Shown: positions 1 through 10,721 of the stretch, piece by piece
How the letters are laid out: every line of letters begins with the position of its first letter
How positions within the stretch are numbered: the first letter of the stretch is position 1
Source: Sedimentisphaerales bacterium
GTDB taxonomy: Bacteria; Planctomycetota; Phycisphaerae; Sedimentisphaerales; SM23-30
Assembly: GCA_963666285.1 (NCBI GenBank)
Contig: OY762711.1
DNA length: 64,000 nt
Strand: one strand, 5' to 3'
Notes under the pieces: model-generated
What the model was told of the DNA's origin: nothing
Database searches by the model: none
Seen by the model: the letters and a program-made list of their open reading frames with translations, nothing else
Position numbers and translations under genes: made by a program

Positions 1-1515
1 ATCAGCAGGGGCACTGTACAATACCATATCGTAGCCGCTGACAACATCCGGAGTGACATTATCAACAACAACATCCAGAGGATAGTAAACCACCATGCGT
101 TTAGTCATAAGAAGCCCCGGTTCGCTATTGGCAGGATCAGTTGAAGCATTGTCAACCTGACAATAGTAATTACCTTCATCTTCAAGTTGAACACCAATTA
201 CAGTTAGCGTATCTGTAGTAGTGCCAGAATAATCATCACCATCAGAAAGAGCGACATCCGGTGAACCAACTTTGAACCACTGGTAAGTTTCGGCATTAAC
301 GCCAACCACCGAAAGTACGGCATCAGTGCCGGCATCGACGGCAGATTTAGCCGGGCTAACCGGAGAAGCAGACGCCTGCTGAGCGATAGTAGTGAAAGAA
401 TATACTTTTCCAGAGGTAAGAATTTCACCACCAGAGCCATCCGGTTCGTAAGCATCAACGGTCCAATAATAGGTAGTTGAGTAATCAAGCGTCTCCAAAT
501 CATATTCCATTAACTCAGTTGCAGCAACATGAGATAATTTCTGATAATTAGAGAGGAACAGATTAGGTTCATCTTCGACACCAAAATACAGATCAACATA
601 TTCAACATTAGCATCTTCGATAGACCAGCTTAGATCCTGGCCAAGCGGCGCATTAACTTTACCGTCGGCAGGTTCAACCGGTAAGAATTTAGGAGGGACA
701 ACGCCAGTAACATCTTCCCAAGTCTGACCGACGCGTAGTTCGTCGATGCCGGGCCAAAGGCCGTTGCCACCGGCAAGCTTTAGACGTAAATTATCAAAGT
801 CAGCACTAACACCGGTTAAGGTCATAGAGCGAGTCCATACCGCAGGATCAATATCATCGATTACCGAGCTAGAGCCGAGATCGTAGTAGATAATATTCAC
901 ATCCAGGGTATCGCTGACACCGGAATCTGATTTAACAATTTTAACAACCCAGAAAACGGAGTTCCACCAGTTAGCAACGGTATACCTGGTGCCATCATTA
1001 TTAGCATCTGATGCATTGGCATCTATATTTCCGAAGTATGAGGTAAGACCGCGGTTGTACCCGTTACCAATCAACAGTTCCTTCGTACTGTTTTGAAAAC
1101 CGATCTGGGTAGCCACATCATCGCCGCCAGTACGAGTGAAAAAGCTGAGATACCAGGTACCGTCAGCGGTAAGATCGACGTTTGAGCTAAGCGGTCGAGT
1201 GGCGTTAGTAACAGTCCATGAGTTCTGCTGTTCGAGCCAATGCTGAATATCATTAAATGTATCCGGCGAATAGCCATCAGTAATACCGGCTTCAAAATTA
1301 CCGGAAGCACCTCGAGCCAAAAGCTTTGAAATAGAAGTATCCTGGTTCGATGTCCAGGTGCCGGTCAGGCCAATTTCGGTTGTACCATTGGTTCCCGAAT
1401 AGCCGGTAAGATCCTGCCCTTCAGTGGCGTCACCGAAACTTTCATAGACCAGAATATCAGCCTGGACTGCGGCGGTGAATACCGTCATTAATAAAACAAT
1501 TAATAATCTCTTCAT
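1..1515 (-). CDS. Secreted Ig-like/LamG-type multidomain protein (3' end runs off the window)
   Basis: ATG at 1513-1515 (MKRLLIVLLMTVFTAAVQA signal peptide) with a GGAGG RBS. Its Ig-like segment (LSDGDDYSGTTTDTL..DEGNYYC) is paralogous to that in 2016..4004. Missing from the ORF track because no stop lies in the window. Confidence 0.85.
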   Translation of the reverse strand, partial: MKRLLIVLLMTVFTAAVQADILVYESFGDATEGQDLTGYSGTNGTTEIGLTGTWTSNQDTSISKLLARGASGNFEAGITDGYSPDTFNDIQHWLEQQNSWTVTNATRPLSSNVDLTADGTWYLSFFTRTGGDDVATQIGFQNSTKELLIGNGYNRGLTSYFGNIDANASDANNDGTRYTVANWWNSVFWVVKIVKSDSGVSDTLDVNIIYYDLGSSSVIDDIDPAVWTRSMTLTGVSADFDNLRLKLAGGNGLWPGIDELRVGQTWEDVTGVVPPKFLPVEPADGKVNAPLGQDLSWSIEDANVEYVDLYFGVEDEPNLFLSNYQKLSHVAATELMEYDLETLDYSTTYYWTVDAYEPDGSGGEILTSGKVYSFTTIAQQASASPVSPAKSAVDAGTDAVLSVVGVNAETYQWFKVGSPDVALSDGDDYSGTTTDTLTVIGVQLEDEGNYYCQVDNASTDPANSEPGLLMTKRMVVYYPLDVVVDNVTPDVVSGYDMVLYSAPAD

Positions 1516-1949
1516 TGCGTGTTACCTCCAAAAGAATGTTCCAACAACCTATATATTACTTAGCAATACAATATCCAAGTAATAACTACCGGCAAAAATT
1601 AACAAATACAAATATGGCTATAAAATCAACTTAAGAAAATATACCATTTTTATACAGACACCACAAAAGGGTGGATCTAATTATGAGATTTATTGTGATC
1701 CAAATGAATTTCAGACTACTGTATTAATGATACAAGATACAGGGGCAGGCAGTCAAGAGTAATTCCCGGCTAATGATTGATTTACTCAGGCCGATAATCA
1801 GCCTGAAAGGTATCAGGCTGCTACATGTGCGCTTATTGAAGTAGAAATGATAATTTATGCACATTTGATAATTGTCATACTTGTGAGTACACTTTATACC
1901 GAGTCTCCGCTAGAGTGGATAATTGCCTGACATTTTATGCCCGGCGCAA

Positions 1950-1983
1950 GAAAATAGGCCCGGAGAGAAATATCTCCGGGCCC
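1950..1983 (-). terminator. Intrinsic terminator after 2016..4004
   Basis: GGCCCGGAGA/TCTCCGGGCC stem followed by a T-rich tail on the minus strand. Confidence 0.7.
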
Positions 1984-2015
1984 ACACCTATTCATGTTTG
2001 CAAGATACAAACTAT

Positions 2016-4004
2016 TTATTCGACATCATAGATACGATTGCTGTCGAGCCATCCGCCAGCAAAAGCAGCAAAATCAAGAATGTCAACCAGGCAGTCATCA
2101 TTGAAGTCGAAAGGTATAGCTTCGATTTCATTATTACATACCCAGCCACCCATCGTATCCATATATTCATGAGCAATCTCTACGGTAGTTAACGCATAGT
2201 TATAAATTTTCAGATCGTCAATACTACCATTAAATAACTTATCTGCAGCAAACTGGCTTTCACCAATATAGTTAAGCGCAGGTTTGATATCGATAGGGTC
2301 GATTGTAACAGCATCATTTGTACCCTGTAGTTCGCCATTGACATACAGCTTAGCAGTGTCACCAGAAAGGGTAACAGCAATATAAGTCCATTCGCCAACT
2401 ACGATAGCATCTTCAGAGTTTACGATCTGCTCATCACCACCGTCTTTTATAGCAAAACGAATAACAGAACCATTGTGAGGAGTCAGGAAGAGATATTGAG
2501 TATCATCATTACCAAAATCCCAGACACGGTGCCAGTCAGCAGAGCCGTCCCACTTGACCCAGGAAGATATGGTCATATCATTATAATCAAGAATTCCTGC
2601 AGGGACCTGACCATAAACACCGTTCGGATCGTTTGCAGCAGGATTAGCCAGGCTTAAGCTAGTACCCAGAGCAGGGTCAGCTACATCAGTAGATAATACA
2701 GCAACAGCATCGCCAATACTCACTAAATCCATATCAACACCGTCAACGATATCCGGGGTAGTGGTCTCAGAAATAGATTCCATAGGATAATGATTTACAA
2801 GTCTTTTGTACATAACACGGCAAGCTTCATCCATGTTGTCATCTTCGCCAACTGAATTAATACCTTTGCAATAGTAAGTACCTTCATCTGCAGCTGTAAC
2901 ACTTTTAACTATCAGAGTGTCAGTTTTTGTGCCAGCATAATCATCACCATCAGAAAGAGCCGTGGCGTTGCCAACCTTGTACCAGAAGAATTCTTCTACA
3001 TTAACGTAATGCTGTAGAGTAATTTCAGCATCGGCACCCTCGGCAACAACGATAAGTTCATTAGTAGCAGCACCAAGATTTGGCACCTCCGGAACTGTAG
3101 TAAAGCTCATAACAGAAGTCGAAACAGGAGTTCCACCCTCAGTTTCATAGCCAACAACTCTCCAATAGTAAGTTGTTTCAAACTCAAGGTCAGCAGCAAG
3201 TTCAGTCTCAAGTGTTATAGTTTGTGCACCCATTCCCGGCGCAGTGATCGTTGTAAGCAGGTCGTCCGCATTTGGGTCGCCGGCATCAAAGTAAATCTCG
3301 ATATCATTAGCACCGATAGCTGGATCATAAACAGAGAAAATCAAATCATTCTTATCATCTGCCCTGCTGGTCGGAATCAGCGTATCTTCATTCGCTGGAG
3401 AAGCAGCGTGCAAGAGCACCCTTTCAACAACCACTTCGTCCAGATTCGCAAAGCTTGAACCTGTGCTTTCGAAGAGGATACCAAGTGTACCACCAACTGA
3501 TTCCGGAGTTGCTTCAATCACTCCATCCATTGAATATGCGGTCCAACCGAATGGAAGAGCAGTTGCCACGTATGTACCGATTACATTTTCAGGATCGTCG
3601 TAAAACAAGGTGGCTGTCCATTCACCACTAGAGTCATCCCACCATCTCTGAGCCATAAAACTAATGGCAAATGCATCGCCGGCCTGTATAACATAAGAGC
3701 TAATATTGTAAGCGGCATCGCCAGAGCTCATAAAGGCAGAATTGGTTTCGTGTGGACTCCACCAGGCACCTTCTGCCTCAACTCCAGAGTCGTTCAAAGC
3801 ACCGGCAGGATAGTTTGACCATCCTTCGATTTCTGTGGCATCAGGAGCATCAAAGCCTTTGAACCCAGGTCCGCCGGTAGTAACGGCACCACTATCAAAA
3901 TCCAAGTTCACAAACGAATCAATAACTTCAGTCTGAGCAGATGCCAAACAGGCAAGAGATAATACTATCATTCCAACAAATAACTGTTTAAATTCTTTTA
4001 ACAT
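2016..4004 (-). CDS. Secreted protein with Ig-like, LamG-like jellyroll and C-terminal dockerin-like domains
   Basis: Signal peptide; DEGTYYC Ig motif; LamG motifs (WTYIAVT..LYVNG..FNGSIDDLKIYNYAL); C-terminal DFNDDCLVDILDFAAFAGGWL. Confidence 0.85.
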   Translation of the reverse strand: MLKEFKQLFVGMIVLSLACLASAQTEVIDSFVNLDFDSGAVTTGGPGFKGFDAPDATEIEGWSNYPAGALNDSGVEAEGAWWSPHETNSAFMSSGDAAYNISSYVIQAGDAFAISFMAQRWWDDSSGEWTATLFYDDPENVIGTYVATALPFGWTAYSMDGVIEATPESVGGTLGILFESTGSSFANLDEVVVERVLLHAASPANEDTLIPTSRADDKNDLIFSVYDPAIGANDIEIYFDAGDPNADDLLTTITAPGMGAQTITLETELAADLEFETTYYWRVVGYETEGGTPVSTSVMSFTTVPEVPNLGAATNELIVVAEGADAEITLQHYVNVEEFFWYKVGNATALSDGDDYAGTKTDTLIVKSVTAADEGTYYCKGINSVGEDDNMDEACRVMYKRLVNHYPMESISETTTPDIVDGVDMDLVSIGDAVAVLSTDVADPALGTSLSLANPAANDPNGVYGQVPAGILDYNDMTISSWVKWDGSADWHRVWDFGNDDTQYLFLTPHNGSVIRFAIKDGGDEQIVNSEDAIVVGEWTYIAVTLSGDTAKLYVNGELQGTNDAVTIDPIDIKPALNYIGESQFAADKLFNGSIDDLKIYNYALTTVEIAHEYMDTMGGWVCNNEIEAIPFDFNDDCLVDILDFAAFAGGWLDSNRIYDVE

Positions 4005-4167
4005 TTAGTTCGTACCTCCAAAATAAATATACATTTTCCAAATCATTTCAGTTCTCAAATCAACAAACAACACATTCTATATTTTCATATAAATCCTCCT
4101 TATAAGTAAGAAATACAATAAAACTCAATTAACACCAGATCCTCTTAATTTAACAATATTCCAATTT

Positions 4168-5838
4168 TTATTTCAATTTCAATATCGGATTACCAAACAA
4201 ACACCAGTCACCGTGTTCGAGGTTTAGTTTACCATCTTCAGGTGCTTTCTTTTCGGTACTAACAGTTGACATCAAGGTCAGGAATCGATCATTGGGATAC
4301 AACGGAACATTGACCTGGAAGAACTGCGCCTTAGCAATGTTTTTCTGGTTATACCGTACCCGGCCATCCACCAGGACAGTGATATCAGCCAGGCCGTAAT
4401 CGGGTCCGGTTTCCGAAATACCGCAGATAGACTTGAAGCAAAGAAAATCGGTACTGTCAGCAACTTTGCGAATAAGTTTCAAATCAAAAGTAATACCCTG
4501 ATTGGTATGCATAAAGATTGCCGGATTTTGCGAGTCACCAAAATATGTATTATTCAAGAACAATCCGGGCCCGCCTCTACTGATGGTTACGGCGGTGCCG
4601 TTAACGATTCTCCCGAAATAATTACTGTTCGTAATCGGGCAGTCAGCATAAATATGTCCGAGACTGGTGATGACCTGTTTGCCATCAGCGGCATTGGGAA
4701 CAAAGACACCATCGATAAGCGGGAAGTCCGGGCATAAATGATAGCCGTTTGAAGCATTAGCAATATCATCGGCATGTTCTGGCAGCAAGATGAAGGCACG
4801 GCCGGTTCCGGGATCGACACCATGTTCAAACTGACCGGTGCCGAACCCGTTGCCTCCTCCAACAATATCAGCAAGATTAACCGCTTTCTCACCTCGCCAA
4901 ATCCTATTATTTTTAGATTCTATATTGCGTGCGAACAACCCGGAATTATAGCAAACATCGCTGACCTGGCCGGTTTCAGCATTGTACCGGCTGGCACTAA
5001 ATTCATAAATAGTTTTAGAATACTTACTCTCGCCGGCATCCATATGGACTTTTCCTTTGACCACATGCATTTCAGACGAGCCATCGGTATCGGCTTGAAT
5101 TCCAAACTCGGTTCCAAGGTCAATGAACCGGCATCCCGGCGTATCTACCCGAAAGCCTATACCTGAAACCGGAACCCTGCTGTATAGCCGTCCGTACTCA
5201 AGAAAGATTCCGGCACGTTCAAACTGGAATTTTGCGGGAGCCTCAATCACAATATCGACACCCGTATCATATTGAATTTCCAGAATTCCATTTTCAATCT
5301 GGTATGGCAGCTGGTTATTAAAAACCCTATCGTTATTTTTCAACTTTTCCGAATCATTATTCCAGACTACATCAACTTGATCCTGAACAGTTGCGACGAA
5401 AACAGAAAGTTCGGGAGGGAAGACATTGGCATAAATAATAAACATAAGCATGAACACCGCAGCGACAGAAATAAGTTTATTATAAATACTGAAGAATCTA
5501 TTTGGCTTTACATTATTACGGTCATCACTACATATCTCACATCCAATAGAATCCTCATTTAAGGTTACAACAGAAGCCGTTTCTTCGAAATGCTTCAATT
5601 CCTGTAAAGTATTGGCGTAAACCCTGGCATCATCGATATCCTGCTTGACAAACTGCATTGATATCTGGTCAGGCACATATAACCTGGAAGCCAGCTCAAT
5701 AAAAGAAGAACAGTAATCCAAGACTTCACGATCAGACCGGATCAGACTATTCAACTGTTCCAGCTGGTCATCGGCAGCGTTGCCTTCTAAAGCGAGAACA
5801 AGAAGTTCGTCAATTAATTGTTTTAATTTATCATCCAT
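4168..5838 (-). CDS. FecR-like anti-sigma/sensor with C-terminal NPCBM/NEW2-like domain
   Basis: Single TM segment, FecR motif DLGTEFGI..HVVKGKV, directly downstream of an ECF sigma factor. Confidence 0.8.
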   Translation of the reverse strand: MDDKLKQLIDELLVLALEGNAADDQLEQLNSLIRSDREVLDYCSSFIELASRLYVPDQISMQFVKQDIDDARVYANTLQELKHFEETASVVTLNEDSIGCEICSDDRNNVKPNRFFSIYNKLISVAAVFMLMFIIYANVFPPELSVFVATVQDQVDVVWNNDSEKLKNNDRVFNNQLPYQIENGILEIQYDTGVDIVIEAPAKFQFERAGIFLEYGRLYSRVPVSGIGFRVDTPGCRFIDLGTEFGIQADTDGSSEMHVVKGKVHMDAGESKYSKTIYEFSASRYNAETGQVSDVCYNSGLFARNIESKNNRIWRGEKAVNLADIVGGGNGFGTGQFEHGVDPGTGRAFILLPEHADDIANASNGYHLCPDFPLIDGVFVPNAADGKQVITSLGHIYADCPITNSNYFGRIVNGTAVTISRGGPGLFLNNTYFGDSQNPAIFMHTNQGITFDLKLIRKVADSTDFLCFKSICGISETGPDYGLADITVLVDGRVRYNQKNIAKAQFFQVNVPLYPNDRFLTLMSTVSTEKKAPEDGKLNLEHGDWCLFGNPILKLK

Positions 5839-5861
5839 GTATACTTCGTACAGCGTTCACC

Positions 5862-6383
5862 TTAGATATTTTGGATACTGAATTTAACACACTTTAACAG
5901 CCTGGCATGAATACGTGACATTCTTTTATAAGTATTTTGTATTGAAAGCCCGAACCTGTTAGACAAATCTTTTGGTTTAACTTTTTCATAGTACCTAAGC
6001 TTAATAAACTGAACATCGCGATCACTTAATTTACTTATACAATTTCTAACGGCATCGATTTTTTGCTTATAATTATCATTGAATTTTTCAGCATTAGGCG
6101 TTATCAGCTCAATAATATCATCATCAAAAACAACCCGCTCATTCAACCGGCGTTTCATTTTGATATGATTCAGAACCTGATTACGTGCAACGGCTATCCC
6201 CCAGGCTAAAAAGTCTGTACCAGACTCAAATTCATCAAACTTTTGCCACAATACCCTGGTGGTCTCCTGGAGAACATCGTCAGCATCATGATAATTGCAG
6301 AGCTGGCCAAGAATATAACTATATAACCTGGACTGATTCTTAAGAATTAAGTTCAAAAATTCGCTTGTCAGATTTTCATTCAT
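5862..6383 (-). CDS. ECF sigma-70 factor (planctomycete-type)
   Basis: DADDVLQET region 2, F.AW..VARN, C-terminal HTH region 4; 173 aa. Confidence 0.9.
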   Translation of the reverse strand: MNENLTSEFLNLILKNQSRLYSYILGQLCNYHDADDVLQETTRVLWQKFDEFESGTDFLAWGIAVARNQVLNHIKMKRRLNERVVFDDDIIELITPNAEKFNDNYKQKIDAVRNCISKLSDRDVQFIKLRYYEKVKPKDLSNRFGLSIQNTYKRMSRIHARLLKCVKFSIQNI

Positions 6384-7164
6384 TAAAATACGATAAAAAA
6401 AATTCAGGCACCCTCTGAAAATTTATTTTGAGCGAGAGGTCGCCTTTAATATATTGACTATATTAACGACAATGAAAAACAGGCATAACCTGATTTTTCC
6501 TGGTCGCTAAGCAAGTAACTATTAATTATAATCATTTATTCCCGGCTCGAACGGGCAAAATCAAACAATTGCGGGCATAACAGGAAGAACAGTGAAAAGC
6601 TGCAAATACGGCTAATACCAAGACTTAAACACAATTAAGAATGGGCAAAGCTAATACCTTGACATATTTCTTTTCAATATACTTACTGTATACCCTTTTG
6701 GTGAATACCAATGATCTTTAATTATCTACACCATGAAAAGTGCAAAAGATAATATAGACAGTTCTCTTATATTACAGGAGTTCCACTCAAACCGAAATCT
6801 GGACAATAATTTTTCAAAAAAAATAAAAAAACAACAAAAGACAGTTTGAATAGAATCAATAAGCTTATGATATTATTATAATCGAAATAGCCTGGGAAAC
6901 ACAATTAATTAACCTGAGCGGACAAGCAATTAGCCTAAGTGATTAGTAATAAACAAGTTAAGGAAAGCTTCGGTGAGGCTATTAAGAAAGGCAGTTTGGT
7001 ACAGGGTATTAGGGAAGGAAGAATACTGGATAGGGACTTACGGCGGGAAGCTGACTAATTCCATTACATAACAAGTTGTCTTTAAGAGACTTACAGTAGC
7101 AACACAAGCCTGGTTGGCCCATTTAGCTAATAATAAGAAAGCTTGTTAACGCAGGCATGAAATA

Positions 7165-7959
7165 TTAGATATTCGCTTTTCTGGATTTGATACCAAGGAA
7201 GAAAGGGACAGATTTTGTGACGGCCATATCGGGATATTTTTCGATGGCGTCATCATCGGCAAGTGGTTCCCAGACCTTTTCGATGTTGAAGCCGTGAGCG
7301 ATGAGGGTATTGAGATATTCACTTATGGTTCGTTTGAAATAGCAGACATCGAACTGACCGTGCCGGTCTTTCATTGAATCGGGGGCATGGCTGAAATACC
7401 ACCGGTCGAAATCGAGTTTGTTTTCGAGTCCGAAATAGTCGCCGATTTTATAACCGGTGCGGCTGCCGCTGTCATTAAGAACGAATCCAAGCGACGAGGT
7501 CATATTGGGGTGAAGGATTGAGAAGGTGAACAAGCCTCCGGGTTTGATAAGCAAAGCAACCTCTCGGACGGCAGCATTGTAATCGGGCAGGTCCATCATT
7601 GCCATAAAGCTGACAGCGGCGTCAAACGGACCGGCGATGTGTTTTGACATTTCAGAAGCAGAGCAGACATGGTAGCTGATGCCAAGCGGCGCTTCGAGTT
7701 CGATTTGTATTGCCGATTCGATAAGTATGTCGCTGATATCAATGCCGGTCATTTGAGCGCCAAGCCGGGCACATAGCCTGGTATTGAATCCTTCGCCACA
7801 GCCGACATCAAGAATTTGCATGTTTGCGATATCGCCGAGCTCATTGAAGAATGCCGGATTGTTGATGTGGCTGCGATAGGTATCGAACCCGCCCTGCACG
7901 CCGGCGATCCATCCGGGCGCGTTGCGGTTCCAGCTATTTTTTATGTCGTTGTCGTTCAT
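7165..7959 (-). CDS. Class I SAM-dependent methyltransferase
   Basis: ILDVGCGEG motif I, GIDIS, LIKPGG. Confidence 0.9.
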   Translation of the reverse strand: MNDNDIKNSWNRNAPGWIAGVQGGFDTYRSHINNPAFFNELGDIANMQILDVGCGEGFNTRLCARLGAQMTGIDISDILIESAIQIELEAPLGISYHVCSASEMSKHIAGPFDAAVSFMAMMDLPDYNAAVREVALLIKPGGLFTFSILHPNMTSSLGFVLNDSGSRTGYKIGDYFGLENKLDFDRWYFSHAPDSMKDRHGQFDVCYFKRTISEYLNTLIAHGFNIEKVWEPLADDDAIEKYPDMAVTKSVPFFLGIKSRKANI

Positions 7960-7965
7960 TGATAG

Positions 7966-9252
7966 CTATTGGGGTCTGGGATTATTGTATGCCGGTGTAA
8001 TAATAACATCGAGTTCGAATCTAAGCCAGCCGCTACTGATATTTTCATTTTTGGGCTCGGCAGGCTCTTTGTCGCTGATAATGAATTTATATTTCTGGCC
8101 GGATAAGACCGGATATCTGAACGAGGTCATATAGTTATGGGCGAGGTTGTCGTTGCCGATAACAGATCCATGCTGATCGATCAGTTTAACATTTATTATT
8201 TTGTCGGCAGGCCCGGCAGTATGGGCAGCCGAAACTTTGAGGGAACCTTTTTGGCCATCAAATTCGGGGATGGTGATATCATATTCCAATGAAGCAGATG
8301 CGGTATAATCCTGTCGCCAGTTTTCCTGCGGTTTGAGGAAAACAGTATCGATCATTTTGACTTTAGGGTCAATAACAGAACCGACAGGGAGAACGGCAAC
8401 GGAAAAATCATCATCTCTGACAGTAACCAGGTTGAAGTGATCCAGGTACCCCTTCTCAGGATATACTTCAGTAATACCTGCACCGGTTACGCCCATCCGA
8501 TAGAAATCAATGCCGTCGAAATTGCCATCGAATTTCATCTGATGAAAATGTCCGGCAAAGACTGCTGATACATTACCGGCATTGACGAGCATATTGTGGA
8601 CAGGTTTCCAGCTGTCATCGTAGCTTTCGGTAAGCCAGCGTGGATGGTGCATGAACAGGAAAATGTGTTTGGCGGCAGCCGCCTGTTCGAGCGTGTTTTT
8701 GAGCCAGCTGAGCTGATCGTTACTGAACTGTCGGCATTCGGTTTTGGCGTAGGTTTTTTCGCCGGTATTGGGATCACCTTCGTCGGTATAGAGGACGATG
8801 AACCAGCAGTTTTTATGTTCGAAGGCATACCAGAGCGGTCCGAAATATTTTTCGAAATCGTCGTCATGTTCGTTAATCGGCCGCCCTTCGCCGCGCCAAT
8901 AGACATCATGGTTGCCGGCGGCTGGATACCAAGGGACATCGAGTCTGCCCATAATTTTGTTGAAACGCCGAGCTTCAAACTCCCAGCGATCTTGCAGACA
9001 ATAGCCCTGGACAAGGTCACCGACGGTCATTAACATATCCGGCTTGAAGACATTTATATCGGTAACGGCCTGTTCGAGTACCAGGAGCCCATCTTCGGTT
9101 CCGCCGGTGCGGTCTCCGAGAATGGCAAAGGTAAATGACGGAGACTGATCGGCAACAGGCAGCGATTTGAATTTATCACGGCTGGTAGTAAAATTATTAC
9201 CTGCATTTATAACAGCAGCGAGAAACAGAATAGCAAGAATTATTTTTTTCAT
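7966..9252 (-). CDS. Secreted calcineurin-like metallophosphoesterase
   Basis: GD..GDLV..GNHD..HH..GHFH motifs. Start moved to MKKIILAIL (ATG 9250-9252, signal peptide, RBS). Confidence 0.85.
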   Translation of the reverse strand: MKKIILAILFLAAVINAGNNFTTSRDKFKSLPVADQSPSFTFAILGDRTGGTEDGLLVLEQAVTDINVFKPDMLMTVGDLVQGYCLQDRWEFEARRFNKIMGRLDVPWYPAAGNHDVYWRGEGRPINEHDDDFEKYFGPLWYAFEHKNCWFIVLYTDEGDPNTGEKTYAKTECRQFSNDQLSWLKNTLEQAAAAKHIFLFMHHPRWLTESYDDSWKPVHNMLVNAGNVSAVFAGHFHQMKFDGNFDGIDFYRMGVTGAGITEVYPEKGYLDHFNLVTVRDDDFSVAVLPVGSVIDPKVKMIDTVFLKPQENWRQDYTASASLEYDITIPEFDGQKGSLKVSAAHTAGPADKIINVKLIDQHGSVIGNDNLAHNYMTSFRYPVLSGQKYKFIISDKEPAEPKNENISSGWLRFELDVIITPAYNNPRPQ

Positions 9253-9265
9253 ATCAGACATCCTT

Positions 9266-9769
9266 TCATTTAACCCTGGCGTATAAGTGGGCATCGCAGA
9301 GTTTACCATTTATATATACCCTTTTGCGCAGGGTACCTTCTTTTTGGAAACCGCATTTGACGGCGACACGTTCGCTGGCGGCATTTTCCGGGACCATAAG
9401 AATTTCAAGTCTCTTGAGGCCGAGCTCATTGAAGCCGATCCTGGTGATCTTTCGTACTGCCCTGGCGGCAATGTTTTTGCCCCAGTAAGCTTCATCGATA
9501 AAATACCCGATAGCTGCGATGTGCCTGGTCCTCTGGTTTACGTTCAGGTCGCAGCCGCCGACAACTTTGCCATTGAATAATATAACATAGATAAAAGCTT
9601 CGCCGGATTTACGTTTGGCAGAAAAGGTACGAATCTTTTCTTTTTCGTCATCAAGAGTACATGTTTTCCTGTTGGTGTAGATAAAATTCGGGTTAGACAT
9701 AATCTCCAGGATTCGTTTTGCGTCAGAAACGCGGGTGTATCTAAGCTCGACTTTATTTGCCATAGTCAT
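9266..9769 (-). CDS. GNAT N-acetyltransferase, RimJ/RimL family (copy 3)
   Basis: IGYFIDEAYWGKNIA, N.ASERVAVKCGFQKEG. Confidence 0.9.
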   Translation of the reverse strand: MTMANKVELRYTRVSDAKRILEIMSNPNFIYTNRKTCTLDDEKEKIRTFSAKRKSGEAFIYVILFNGKVVGGCDLNVNQRTRHIAAIGYFIDEAYWGKNIAARAVRKITRIGFNELGLKRLEILMVPENAASERVAVKCGFQKEGTLRKRVYINGKLCDAHLYARVK

Positions 9770-10221
9770 TTCACCTTTGCGTATAATAAAGCATCGTAAA
9801 AATTTCCATCAATTTTAACCACATTACGGATGAGTCCTTCTTTTTGGAAACCGCATTTAACAGCGACACGCTCACTGGCAGAATTGCGCGGGTCCATCAG
9901 CATTTCAATTCGTTCGAGCTCAAGCTCATTGAAGCCGAGCCATTCGAGCTGACGAACCGCATTGGTAGCGATACCCCTGCCCCAATAATCATGGTCAACA
10001 AAAAAGCCAATTTCAGCGATATACTTTCTGCGATAATTGACATGCAGTCCGCAGCCGCCGACAATTGTTTTACCGAAAAAGATTGAAAAGAAATAGGACA
10101 GTCCCTGCTGCCTCAAGGAAGGCGGATCCCAGAAATACAGGAAATTGGGATCATCAAGTATTTCGACATGCCGCTTAGCGTGGCTTAACTTTGCCAATTT
10201 AAGTTCAACTTCAGATTCCAT
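9766..10221 (-). CDS. GNAT N-acetyltransferase, RimJ/RimL family (copy 2, short internal deletion)
   Basis: EIGFFVDHDYWGRGIA, NSASERVAVKCGF; about 14 aa shorter near the N-terminus than the neighbouring copy. Confidence 0.85.
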   Translation of the reverse strand: MESEVELKLAKLSHAKRHVEILDDPNFLYFWDPPSLRQQGLSYFFSIFFGKTIVGGCGLHVNYRRKYIAEIGFFVDHDYWGRGIATNAVRQLEWLGFNELELERIEMLMDPRNSASERVAVKCGFQKEGLIRNVVKIDGNFYDALLYAKVK

Positions 10222-10223
10222 AA

Positions 10224-10721
10224 TTATTTAACTTTCGCATAAAGATAAACATCAGAGAGTTTGCCGTTGGTAAGGACGGCCTTTTGCATAATTCCTTCTT
10301 TCCGGTATCCGCATTTGACGGCGACACGTTCACTGGCGGTGTTGCCGAGATCCATCAGGATTTCGATGCGTTTGAGTCCGAGCTCGTTGAAGGCGAATCG
10401 TTCGAGTTTACGAACGGCCTTGGGAGCGATACCTTTGCCCCAGTATTGTTCGTCGATGAAATATCCGATCTCTCCGATATATCTTCGCCGCTGATTGATA
10501 TGCAGCCCACATCCGCCGACAAGCTTATCGCCGTAGAATATTGAATATACGTATGAGATTCCATCTTTGCGTTCGGCGGCCATCTTTCGGAGGAAGTCTT
10601 TTTCCTGCTCCACAGTAGGCGGCGGGTCCATAAAATATATGAAGTTGGGATTACTCAATATTTCCAGATACCTTTTGGCATAAGATAAACGCGGTGTTTT
10701 TAATTCAACTTTGTAAGCCAT
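10224..10721 (-). CDS. GNAT N-acetyltransferase, RimJ/RimL family (copy 1)
   Basis: EIGYFIDEQYWGKGIA, NTASERVAVKCGY. Confidence 0.9.
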   Translation of the reverse strand: MAYKVELKTPRLSYAKRYLEILSNPNFIYFMDPPPTVEQEKDFLRKMAAERKDGISYVYSIFYGDKLVGGCGLHINQRRRYIGEIGYFIDEQYWGKGIAPKAVRKLERFAFNELGLKRIEILMDLGNTASERVAVKCGYRKEGIMQKAVLTNGKLSDVYLYAKVK

